Below are positions 1 through 11,600 of a stretch of DNA of 64,000 bases, one piece after another. The notes below the pieces were generated by a model. The model was not told where the DNA came from. It saw only the letters and a list, made by a program, of their open reading frames with translations, and made no database searches. Both the position numbers and the translations under genes were made by a program. Source of the stretch: a virus. Lineage: Duplodnaviria; Caudoviricetes. Each line of letters starts with the position of its first letter. Position 1 is the stretch's first letter. The DNA is taken from positions 96,001 through 160,000 of IMG/VR virus record IMGVR_UViG_3300037507_003370; one strand, 5' to 3'.

Positions 1-17
1 ATCCTGTTTTTAGGATA

Positions 18-1694
18 ATGAATGCAGCTCCACCAGGACCAATGCCTAAACAAAATCAAAAATTCAACCCTACTCCATGTTATCCTTGTTTGTATACTGG
101 AGGATACGAAGCAGATACTACAGCGTGTTTCCCAGCTAAAGACACTCCGTGTCCACCCAAAACCTCCAATATAACTGGTGGAAATAATTCCGACAATCAA
201 CAATATACCGCTCAAGATGCCACAGGAAAAGTTACTAATACAACCAATCCAGAAGGTAATATTTGGACACTTGCTCAAACAATAATATCCAGAGCGTGGG
301 AATTAGGAAAACAAGTTATAAATACTCTATATAATTGTGGAATAGCACTCAATACTGCTATAGCACAGCAGATATTAGGAATAGCTATTGTTAATCCTAC
401 TGCTTTAGGTACCAGATTTCATCCAATGAGTCTTAATGTTATATGTCCATATTTTGGCTATACAAATTTTTACAATGATGCTGCAAACTTTGATTTAAAA
501 AGTGTTGTAAAAAGACCAAGACCAGTTTATTTGGATAAATGGACAAATCAATTTGTTGTAGTATTTAATGTTAAAGAACTACCAATAACATCATTTTACA
601 ATTGTTTAAGAGGAAGATATAATGGATTCCAATTCACAGTAACTGAATCAGAATTTAGAGCAGCTCTTGATGGTTATGAATCATGGATAGCGTATTTAAG
701 TGGAAAAATGTTCAAACCAGACATTGTGCTTATGCTACATGAATGTTTGTGTGGAAACAGAGTAATACCTCCGCCACCAACTCCTCCTCCGCCACCAGCA
801 GCCCAAGATCCTAACAGAAGAAGACAACCACCAGAAGATATAAATGGACCAGGAAGAACAGATGGTACATCAGCTGGTATTGGTCTTCCGCCGCCAAGAG
901 CATCTGAGTCTCCTCAGTACGAATTATTAAGTGATAACGATTGGGATGCTTGTAAAATTTTTGCTGCTATCTTTGATATAAATCACGATAATGCAAATTT
1001 AAAAACTAGTTCTCAACCAACTAGTGCTGATGCTCCTGTTAATACAAAAGCAGGATTAGCAGCTAAGGTGGTTGCTGATCTAGAAATTTTACATGGATTT
1101 TTTAGAGATATAGCACAGCAATATTATGGTAAAAAGTATATGATAAGAATGCCTGCTGTTATGACATACAGAGATATGGACTATGCAATAACTCCTAATG
1201 GATTTTTATCTTTGGGTGATAATTTTGTATTAACTATTGGTGGCGGTAAATTATATTCAAATTATGAGGTTTCGCCAGAAGGAGCTTGGGAAGAATATGG
1301 AAATAGTATCGATGATAGCATAATAATAGGCTCTTCAACATCGTATATTTTTAAGGATGATAATGGTCTCATTCAGCCGATATTAGGATTCTTGGCAGAT
1401 GATCATTTTGATTGGGAATCTTATGCTGTATGTTTGGACGTGAAGAAAAATGCAGAAACATACGCAAGAGAAGGTGGCAAATTTTATTTTTATGATCTTG
1501 TAAAACGCGCAGGTATTTTATCATCAGATAGAAAAACTAAATATAGTAGTTTTAATGGTGGTGGTTGTGGGGATGGAGGTGGTGATGGGGATACTAATAA
1601 TGGAGATAATCAAGGAGATACTGGATCCGCAGAAGGAGAAACAGAAGAAGCAGAGCAAACAGATCCTGGCAGAAGTCCAAATGTTGGAGATTAA
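18..1694 (+). CDS. Large hypothetical protein, probably virion/tail-associated; may be 5'-truncated by the window
   Basis: 558-aa ORF whose frame is open back to the window edge; Pro-rich (PPPPTPPPPP) and acidic Gly-rich segments; first of a coupled run of giant + strand genes. Confidence 0.6.
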   Translation: MNAAPPGPMPKQNQKFNPTPCYPCLYTGGYEADTTACFPAKDTPCPPKTSNITGGNNSDNQQYTAQDATGKVTNTTNPEGNIWTLAQTIISRAWELGKQVINTLYNCGIALNTAIAQQILGIAIVNPTALGTRFHPMSLNVICPYFGYTNFYNDAANFDLKSVVKRPRPVYLDKWTNQFVVVFNVKELPITSFYNCLRGRYNGFQFTVTESEFRAALDGYESWIAYLSGKMFKPDIVLMLHECLCGNRVIPPPPTPPPPPAAQDPNRRRQPPEDINGPGRTDGTSAGIGLPPPRASESPQYELLSDNDWDACKIFAAIFDINHDNANLKTSSQPTSADAPVNTKAGLAAKVVADLEILHGFFRDIAQQYYGKKYMIRMPAVMTYRDMDYAITPNGFLSLGDNFVLTIGGGKLYSNYEVSPEGAWEEYGNSIDDSIIIGSSTSYIFKDDNGLIQPILGFLADDHFDWESYAVCLDVKKNAETYAREGGKFYFYDLVKRAGILSSDRKTKYSSFNGGGCGDGGGDGDTNNGDNQGDTGSAEGETEEAEQTDPGRSPNVGD

Positions 1695-4600
1695 TGAATA
1701 TGATACAAAATAATGAATACGATATACAAGAAGACGATAACAGCGGCGGTGGAGATGGAGGTAGCGGCGGTGGAGGTTTTACAGGAAGTTTTATTGATTG
1801 GATGGGGGCAGCATGGAACACTGCCGTAGCTGTTTTTGCTGGAAGTCCACCTCCCCAAGATTCATCAACTAAACAATCATCCCCGCCTCAGCCTGCTCAA
1901 GTTAACTATGGCGCGGATTTAGCAGCCTGTTTGGGCTTAATTCTTCCTTCAACTAGCGGCAATCCTCCAACGCCAGAAGCAAATAATAATTGCATATCTT
2001 GTCCACCAGCAGATTTTTTCTATCCGTGTTTACAGCATAATGTTGATGCTAAAGATCATTATCTTCATATTGGTAGAATCAATAAAAATTATTTTGATAG
2101 TTATGGGCCATATCCTGGTGGTACAAATTTTGGACCAGGAAATGATAATTATTTCGCAATTGGATCAACTACTGAGACTATTCCAGACTCATCATCGAAT
2201 CCTGATAAAACTGAAGGCTTTGTTCTTGGAGAGCCTACTGATCCATTAGGAACATTTAATTTAGCTGGACTGAATGCCGATGGGTTTCCTAGGCAAAAAA
2301 AATTATATGTAAAAAGCGGAGCTGAAGATGACTTTGTTTTTGGAGATCCATTTAATTACCTTGATCCAAGAGCGATATTGACTCTACCAAATCAAGTTTA
2401 TGTTAATAATCCTAGTGCTTTAGGTTCTGATCACAGCCAAAATCCAAAATCTAAATTGGTTCCATTAATAGCTAGCGAAGACTATACAATATTATCTAGG
2501 TTAACGAGTGGTACTTTCATTGGCAATGCCACTTTAGCGAGGCACCTTCCTCCATTTAAAAGAACATATCATGGACAAGGAACCCCATATGACTTTAGGC
2601 CATATAGGGATGTTTTTGCTAAATTATTTAGCACTATATATGTTTTATATAAAACTAGCGCAAATGAGACTCTAACAAAAAATAAAAAAAGGAGCGCTAA
2701 TGATCCTACATTAACAGATCCTATTGGTCAGGCAATAATGCCAAGTAAAATGAGTCCAGAACAAAAAATAGAAGCATCTTTATGGAATAGTAGAAACATA
2801 AACATATCCCACAAAGCTGCGATGCCTCATTTTGCTGCGGTCCCGATAGTTAGTAATCAGCTTGTATACGGCCCTTGGACAAACTATCCAATAAAAGAAA
2901 AAAAACAAATATTTCCATATCTTCTCGATGACGCAAAACAAAACATAGCTATAGAGAATATGATCTGTAATACAAAAGTCAAAGTTGACACAGATTTAAA
3001 TCCTTGGACTTTTAATGGCGTTTATATGTTGGATAATTATGTTGATAAAATTATAAATGAAGATCTAAGCTATCAATTATCTTTAGAAACTGGACAAATT
3101 ACCATACCTGGATTACCAGCATTTAGTTTAGGAGATGAATTTAGACTAGGAGGAAGTACATTATTAAATAATGATATTTATCATAATCGAGCCGGTGGTG
3201 GTGGTGCTTTAGGAATTAATAAAAATGGTAGAGTGGCACCACTAGCGCTTTCTAGCAATGTAACAAGCATGTCTGTTCAACTAAGTAATGGTAAGGGTGA
3301 GACAACATACACATTAAGAACATATACATCAAGACTAAGCTTATACAATAAAGAAAATGCAGACAGGTTCAAAAAACTAGCAGAAGAAAGTAGAAAAGTT
3401 AAAAAAGAATCTAGTAAATTTACAAATATGATGTATCATAGGAATCGTAAACTTACAGAACAAAATTTTAATAATACTCTTAGAGATCTGCTATATAGGC
3501 ATGAGATGAGGAAAACTTCTTCATCAAGTCCTACAGAAGTTTTGGTTGGGTCATTTAATCACTATGCAAACTTTGTAACAAATAGACTTTCTACGCAAGA
3601 TGCTGCTCTAGGAGCCTCTGGTCCTACCGGCATATTGTCTATGCATAGATCTCGTGTTGGTTTATATGAACCTAAAGAAATGAATAGAGAACTTGATACA
3701 GGATATGCTACGAAATCATTTATGAGTCTTGATGGTATATTTTCCCCAGTATCATTTTATCCTACTCCATTTACATCAACCAAACACTATATTAAATATG
3801 ATAGAAGATTTTGTCCATTTTGTAATGGAACAAAGGTATATACAAAAGATGCCCTAACTCAACAAAATGATAGCGCAACAAAATATTATTGCGATTATTG
3901 TGAAGATAGATCGGGATCAAAGAGGTCTCCTTCGATAAGAGAGAATTTACCTCCTTTTATACTAGCTTCTGGAATAAAACTTGCGGTAAGAGACCCAGTT
4001 AATCAATCAGCCGAAGTAATGGTTTATGAATATGTTACAGATAAGGCCTTAATACAAAATCCAAAAAAGTTTTTGGAAGAATTTGGTAAAAAAACTGTAA
4101 ACTTATTTAATCTTAATCCTATTATAGTAGCCACTGGGGAGTTTAGGAATTCTAATGCATCTAGCGGAGATATGAGCGGGCATAGCATAGACATAGTAGG
4201 TAGAGGCTATATTCCTCCTAAAAATTCATTAAGAATTACAGAGAATATTGTTAATAGCGAAATTATGTCTAATAAATCCAGTAATGCTAATAAAAAATTA
4301 AAAAGATATGATCCTCAAGCTGGTACATTTATAGATGATACGGCATTTACAGGAAATTATATAGCAAAAGACTTTAGTAATTTAGATTATGAGTTTCATA
4401 GACATTTGAAGCATGTGATTAATTTACAGAATCCAAAATATGAGCTACTTAACCAAAGGTTTTTTAGTCTTAGAGGACCGCTTGTATTACATGCTTGGGG
4501 TTACGATACAGAAGGATATCCAGTACCAAATGCTTCTGGAGAACCACACCCAGACTATATAGATACTGAAGGAAGACCATTAAGAACAAAAGATTTAAAT

Positions 4601-5260
4601 ACATTTGGTAGTGCAAATCCTGAGGATGGTGATTGCGGATCAATAGTTATAGGGAAAAATCAAGTGTGGGACGAAGCCAAATCAACATGGAGTGCTCCAT
4701 ACAAAGAGATGTCTTTTGCTAATGAATGGGGTCAACAGCCTAATCTATGGCCAGTTGGACCTATAGATTTGAGATGGGATGAAGATAGAAGCGTATGGAC
4801 TGTGCCACAGCCGTATAAAAATGTCTATGTTACGCTTGAAGAAGATATGGTATTAGAAAGAAATTCTAAAACTACATATCCAGCCAGAGGATTTATAGAT
4901 AGTACAGAAGTTTCTAAAGATCCATTGCCATCAGGATTAAGAAGAGTGGTATTTGTAAAAGACTATGCGGGATATACGGCACCAAGAGGAGCTAAATTAT
5001 ATTGTAGATATAATTCAGAAACAGGATTTTATGATCCAGTTAGCAAGCCCAACATCATTGCTTCTGGAGTTCTACAACAAGGAAATACTGCCACAATATA
5101 TAACTCATATGCGGCACCAAATAATGGAATAGTTCAGCAAGTAGCAAAAATTACTACAAAATTTGCTAATAATCTTGGCATAGAAATAAAACCAAATCAC
5201 AAAGCACTATTCATTTATATGGAAGGATCTTGGAATTTAATGTCCATAGGAGGTCAATAA
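1694..5260 (+). CDS. Large hypothetical protein, probably virion/tail-associated, with an internal Zn-finger-like motif
   Basis: 1188-aa ORF; TAATG overlap with the upstream gene; GGAG at 1686-1689; CPFC...CDYC motif. Confidence 0.65.
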   Translation: MNMIQNNEYDIQEDDNSGGGDGGSGGGGFTGSFIDWMGAAWNTAVAVFAGSPPPQDSSTKQSSPPQPAQVNYGADLAACLGLILPSTSGNPPTPEANNNCISCPPADFFYPCLQHNVDAKDHYLHIGRINKNYFDSYGPYPGGTNFGPGNDNYFAIGSTTETIPDSSSNPDKTEGFVLGEPTDPLGTFNLAGLNADGFPRQKKLYVKSGAEDDFVFGDPFNYLDPRAILTLPNQVYVNNPSALGSDHSQNPKSKLVPLIASEDYTILSRLTSGTFIGNATLARHLPPFKRTYHGQGTPYDFRPYRDVFAKLFSTIYVLYKTSANETLTKNKKRSANDPTLTDPIGQAIMPSKMSPEQKIEASLWNSRNINISHKAAMPHFAAVPIVSNQLVYGPWTNYPIKEKKQIFPYLLDDAKQNIAIENMICNTKVKVDTDLNPWTFNGVYMLDNYVDKIINEDLSYQLSLETGQITIPGLPAFSLGDEFRLGGSTLLNNDIYHNRAGGGGALGINKNGRVAPLALSSNVTSMSVQLSNGKGETTYTLRTYTSRLSLYNKENADRFKKLAEESRKVKKESSKFTNMMYHRNRKLTEQNFNNTLRDLLYRHEMRKTSSSSPTEVLVGSFNHYANFVTNRLSTQDAALGASGPTGILSMHRSRVGLYEPKEMNRELDTGYATKSFMSLDGIFSPVSFYPTPFTSTKHYIKYDRRFCPFCNGTKVYTKDALTQQNDSATKYYCDYCEDRSGSKRSPSIRENLPPFILASGIKLAVRDPVNQSAEVMVYEYVTDKALIQNPKKFLEEFGKKTVNLFNLNPIIVATGEFRNSNASSGDMSGHSIDIVGRGYIPPKNSLRITENIVNSEIMSNKSSNANKKLKRYDPQAGTFIDDTAFTGNYIAKDFSNLDYEFHRHLKHVINLQNPKYELLNQRFFSLRGPLVLHAWGYDTEGYPVPNASGEPHPDYIDTEGRPLRTKDLNTFGSANPEDGDCGSIVIGKNQVWDEAKSTWSAPYKEMSFANEWGQQPNLWPVGPIDLRWDEDRSVWTVPQPYKNVYVTLEEDMVLERNSKTTYPARGFIDSTEVSKDPLPSGLRRVVFVKDYAGYTAPRGAKLYCRYNSETGFYDPVSKPNIIASGVLQQGNTATIYNSYAAPNNGIVQQVAKITTKFANNLGIEIKPNHKALFIYMEGSWNLMSIGGQ

Positions 5261-5649
5261 TGGATCCGTGGGAACTTGAGTCTATAGACTATAACCAAAT
5301 AAGTAATCTTAATGATTATTATCATTTTAAAATAATTTTAGATCATATGGATAATATATTTTTTGATATGAAAAATAAACTCATAAATTATATTGCTACT
5401 AGAAAAACAGCCAATAATATAGATTTAGTTCAGGCAGACGATCTAAATAGAGAGTTATTGAATCTTTTGGAGCAATATAGATCAGAGTATAAAAAAAAGA
5501 TATCAATATTATCTCATATTTCTGATATTGAGGGAAAGACAAATGTAAAAACAGCAAATATTTTTTATGATAATTTACAAGTTTTTATTACTAATGAATT
5601 ATATAAAGCATATGGATTATTAATTAGATATCTAGATGAGAGATTTTGA
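5260..5649 (+). CDS. Hypothetical protein (129 aa)
   Basis: ATG at 5260 in a TAATG overlap with AGGAGG upstream, preferred over the track start at 5230. Confidence 0.7.
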   Translation: MDPWELESIDYNQISNLNDYYHFKIILDHMDNIFFDMKNKLINYIATRKTANNIDLVQADDLNRELLNLLEQYRSEYKKKISILSHISDIEGKTNVKTANIFYDNLQVFITNELYKAYGLLIRYLDERF

Positions 5650-5651
5650 CT

Positions 5652-8600
5652 ATGGGCAGTCTTGCGTCACAACAAGCTTCAGACCAAGCCTCTACTCTTT
5701 TTAGAGAGGCATTAGCTTTAATTTTAAAATCATATCCTCCTTATGATTTTGAATTATATAATACTTACATACTTCCAACAGAACAATTGAGGCCTAGGCC
5801 GTTTGTGCCAAGGCCAGCGCCAGCACCTTTAACCAGCGCATTGCCATATACATTTAGATTTAATGAAATAGGAATACAAAATGAATCTAAAATGTTTAAT
5901 GGTCCAAATTCTTGTGATATATATAACACAACTTTTGATTATGACTTGGATATGTCTTCTATATCAGAAAATGATATTGTTATAAATCATCGCATAGAAG
6001 ATTATGTATCTCCATTTAGACCAGAGATAAGCGGTATATGGAGACCAGCATTTTTATATATAGACCATGCAAACGCTAATAACAGAAACACAGTGATAAC
6101 TAGAAAAGACTTAGGACAAGATAATGTTTATGAAGCCGGTCTTAAATTAGAACAATTTATTACGATAAATAGACCAATCTTAAAGAGCTGGACATTAAGC
6201 GATGGGGCTACCTTCAATATAGATTTTTCTATACCAAAAGATAGTGTTGTAGAAGCTTCTGTTTTAGGCTTAATGTTCTGGTATAGATGGTATGAGACGG
6301 ATAGAGAAAATAAAGTTAAACAAACATTTACTATTGTTACTCCAGAACAAACAGTGACAGATGTTATTTTAAAAGCATTTAATTTTAATAACGAAAGGTA
6401 TAAAGCTCAGCTTATAGACCATGCATATTCAGAACCAGAAGACGGAGAGGAAGTTACGAATGTCGTTAGATATGGTCTTCACTCAGGATTAGTGGACGGA
6501 GATAGAGTCATTATAAAAGAAAAAACAAATCCACATTTCGAAATATATGACGAATATATATATGAAGTAAAAAATAATGCTGAATGGATATGTTTAGGTA
6601 AAAAAAGATTTATTCCTGGACTAGATATATTTATTCCATATGATGATTTTTTTGTATCATTCAATAGCGAGTTTGATAAACAAGATTATATAGATAGAAA
6701 AGACGGAGAGTTTGGTTCATACTCTTTTCCAAAATGTAAAATTAATACCAATGATTATAATAGATACATAGCATCATATAATAGTCTTTTTAATATTGCA
6801 ACCACGGACAATACTCTTGCAAAAATATTTGAAGTTGATAGAATTAATGCTAATTTATTACCAGGAGAAGAAAGACAAAGAATAACTTCTGCTTATGGAA
6901 TGAGATCAGATCCTGATTTTTTCGAAAAAGGACATAATAGATATATAGCAGCCAAGAATTTATGTAAATTTTTATCTACTAGTCCAGTAGACGAAGGAAT
7001 AACTCACAATTTATATGCTAATCCAGATTTTAATGGTCTAGATTTATTTGATTTATATTCAGTAGCTAATTTAACAAATTTAAAAAGTAATTTAGAAAAT
7101 TTATTTGGTAAAATGACAATAGAATCAATTGCTGGTAGTGAAATACCAGAATTATTAGGAAAAGACAAAAGCTCCGAACAAAAAATTCTAAAAAATGAAG
7201 TTAAACCATTTGCTTTTGCTATGGAAAATCATTCAAATTTAACATTTGATAATGGTAGAATTGTGGCGACAAAAAAGGACTTGGTTACAGAACTATTTAG
7301 AAAAAGTACTAAAAATAGATATATATATTTCCCAAAAAATCAAAAATCAAAAATTGTATCTAAATTTAATGTAGAGGATGCTCAGTGTTATATCGATTTA
7401 AATTTCCAAGAAAAGATGCATATTCCAATAAATAATTTATGTCCAGTAAGAAATGCTCCTTGTAGTTGTGGAGGAAGGGCTCCGTGGGCGCCAGATAATG
7501 CTGCTTCTCTATGGTATAAACAAAATTTTAATATTGCTGGATTTAATATTTATACTAGACTTAAGGTTCCTGACGATGCCGAATTTGAAGATGGAGAAAG
7601 AGAGAGTTTAAGATTATCATATATCGATGAGAATGGCAACGAGGATAAAAGTATCATACACGATATACATATACTTTCTTTTATGGATTATGGTAATTTA
7701 GATACAGAATTTTATAATCAAGCTGTAAATGCTATATATGATGCTTATGGAATAACTCAAAAGTTCCAGCAAAAATATAATCTTGAAAGAAATGTTTTTT
7801 TTGGAAATGGAGAATATTTTGATATATTATTTACCGATCAGTACTCCTCTCCACCAAGTCAAGTAAGAACCATAAAAGGAAAATATTACCAAGAAAATTT
7901 AACATTTGAAAATGCAGTTAAAAATCAAGCTGATGTGATATCCGAATATGCAAAAAAAAATGATAAGATTAATAGGATACTAAGTCTTATAGAAGATAGA
8001 TTTGCCTATAGGCCAGCACAGCAAAAAACATTCTCTCCAAATATTAGACAATTGTATACTAATAAGCTAGGTGGAGCATATTTTAAAAACATAAATCTAT
8101 TCACAACAGGAAGAAATCGTTTCTGGAATTTTAGAACCGGACCAGTGCCAATTAGAGATACTCAGTATTTTACAACACAGTCGATTAAGTCTCTTGTTAA
8201 TGTTAGAGACGAAGAAAATAAAAAAATAGAAATATCTTTTGACTGCGGAAACGCAATAAGTATAGAATTATATGATTTATCTATTAGTAAATTAAGATCT
8301 GATAAATTAGAAACAGCAAGTTGTGTTGAATTTCCAAACAAATCTCCTTTATTAGATGATAGTATCTTTGCATATGACAAAATTATAGGATATGAATATA
8401 ATGAATCACAATATTTATTAACTACCAGAACAGCACCGCCAATAATATCTTATGGTGGACACAGAGACACTACCATATCTCAACTAGGACTTGCTATAGA
8501 AAGCCACCCACCACCAATATCAGCACCAGATCAAGATTATCCAAATGATTTTAAAATTAGAGAAAGAAACACATTACCATATACTGCTAAAAATTCATAC

Positions 8601-11600
8601 TATTATATAAATAATCAAACAGAATTAGCCAACGCTAGAAGACAAAATTCTATAGACAATGGTAGAGGTGACGCATGGAACGGGGCATATATATGGGATA
8701 AATCAGCAGTTAAATGCTTTCTTTCTCCAACAACATTTAACAATGAAATAACATTTCGCAAAGGATTCTTTCATCCAAATAAAGGATGGATTGATCATAC
8801 TCTACTTACAGGAGATTTGGAGACTTTAAAAAATAAGACAGCTGTAAAAGATTTATCAAAGTCAATTTGTAAAGAATTTAGTGGCTATGGCACAATATTT
8901 AATAATGTTTTAGCAACAGATGAAGAGGCTAAGGCTATTATATGTGCAAAGAATCATAAAGGTCCTGATAATTTGATAATAAAAACAGGATTTAAAAATT
9001 GGTTAGGAGATTATGTAAATGATAGATATGAGCTACATGTTCCTCCTAGTTTTATAACGATTGATATTGATGAAAATATAGACTTTATAACTCATTTATC
9101 TGTTAGGCTTAAAAATTTCACCCACACTTGTCCTAAAGATGTTAGAGCTAGTCTTTTAGATTCTTTAGCATATCGTCATTTAGCCTGGAATATTGTTGAT
9201 GATACATTAGCTAGATTGCTTGCTTTTAGTAAATGCAATAGTGCTAGTGAAGATAAAAATTATGCTGAAAAAATAAGAGCCCAGAGAGCAAAAGAAAAAA
9301 GTTCTTGGCTAGGACAATTTGCTAGAAAGAGAAAACCATTTCCTAGACATCTATTATTTAATAACACTATTTTAAATTATGTTAATGATTTTGAAATGAT
9401 ATTTGACAATTATGCTAGAAATAGTTCTTTATTTGCTCATTCGTCCGACAGAATTCTCCCGGTGCAGTCATTAGATTATTATATAGGAACATCCGGAGTT
9501 AATACAGGCTTTGGAGACTATGTTGATACAAATGATGAGGGAGAAGCAACTGTTTCTTCAGAAAAAGCAAAAACCTGGGCCGTATTGTTTGAAAATCTTG
9601 GGGGCGACGAAGAGGGCGGTACTTGTGCATCATTACAAGTTTGTACCGGATGTCCTGTTCCTAATTATGATAGCAAGAGCATATACAACAGATTTGACTA
9701 TAATAATGAAGCATTTAATATACCTTTTAATACTGGATATAATTTTATAGCAAATTTTCGTAATAGAACGCATATAATACCTCCTATTAATCTTGAGGCT
9801 CCATATAATACATATATTTCAGAATATCCATCGACTAATCTTGGAGCAAGAGTTCCCATACAATTATCCTGCTTACCTCAACCAGATCCTCCAAGACCCA
9901 GAGAATTTCCAAAAGTAGAATTTCCTCCACTTCCAATTTTCATACCTCCTGCACATCCATCTATTGTCGGCTTACTAACTCATATCGCTATAATGACTAG
10001 TCTATGGGAGCAGGGCTATGGTTTTGATTGGGGGGCTTTTGCAGGAATAGCTTTCCCGAATCCGCTAATTGCTGGCGCATCAAGAAGAGAAAAAATCAAT
10101 AAGTATATGCAAAATAAAGGATATCTTCAAATCGAAGGAACAACAGGAGAAGCTCTAAGATTCTTTAACAAAAAACAAGACCTTTCTCTATATGACGATA
10201 AACCATTCGGAATATCAGATAAAGTACAATTAGAAGTTCAATATAATGGATGTTTATGGTACAATATAGAGGCTGATATATTTAAATATTCTCAACAGTC
10301 TTCGCCCGCACTAGAAAACAAAAAGTTTAGGTATATAAAGTATTCAGAATATAAAGATAGTGTTTCTGTTTCTTCAGCCGGAGGAACAGAGTATATTCCT
10401 CCATTAAATTATCCCGGATTTGACTATAATATATCAATTAAAGAAGAAACAGATGAGATAGTCATGGATGGAGCTAGACCATTTTATTCATTTTATCAAA
10501 ACGAAAATATATCTATAGTTTATGAAAAAATTAAGATTACTCCAACGGGCACAGTAGTATCCAATGGAACAATCAGTGCTTCAATATTAGAAATAAAATT
10601 AGATGAACAGATAAATTTTAGATACTCTACTAATCAGATAGTATATGCTGAAAAAGAGCCAAATAGTTTATCCATAGGAGACGATACGGAAATAATGGAT
10701 GAACCTACTAATAAGAAATATATTGAAGGAAGCAGAACAATTATCAAATTGAGTTCACGTATTCCTTCTTTGGGCGATAAAGAATCATATACCAGAGCAT
10801 ATATAAAAAAACAACAAACTACAAATTTTTTAATATTTGATCCGACTGTTACTGATGGAATAGTGGATATTAAAACAGGGAGTGTGAGCAATCAAATAAA
10901 AGAAAGACTCACTCCTTTTGGCAAATGGGGAGACATTAAAGAAACCAGTCTCGGACCAATAGTGGCTCCATATATAAAAGATCAATTATTTTCTGAAGGT
11001 AGTCTTGGATGGGGAACTAATTTAATAAATAATAAACCAAAGTCCGTAATATTTCCAGAACCATTATTAACATTACGAGATTTTGACTATCATTATGGAA
11101 ATACTAATTATTGTGGAAAAATTAAATTCACTAAGTCTAATAATCCATCGAATGTTCATATATGCAATATGAAATTTAATCCTAGAAAGATATATGATTA
11201 TGTTGGACATCCATATGCTAAGTCTAGAGAAGATGAATTTATATCATTTACAGGATATCCAAGACCATTGCCAATAATTAAAAATAGAATATATGGACAT
11301 AATCTATTCAGCATATCTGAATCAAATGCGAATCTATTCGAGTTTGGTAAAGAAAATAAACAAATGGCTTTATATAGAGATAAAAATTTAGCAAACTATT
11401 ATTTACCATTTTATGATCTAACTTTGGATCCATCTATTTTAGACACTGAACTTTTATCTAATGCTCCAATAATACATACTCAATTGTCTCCAGGCAGCGG
11501 AACCGTACAATTTGAAAATATAATGTCTGTTAATGACAAAGTATTGTATGATTCTAATTATTATTGGATTAATATTCCAAATGATGCTAGTGGTGTTTTA

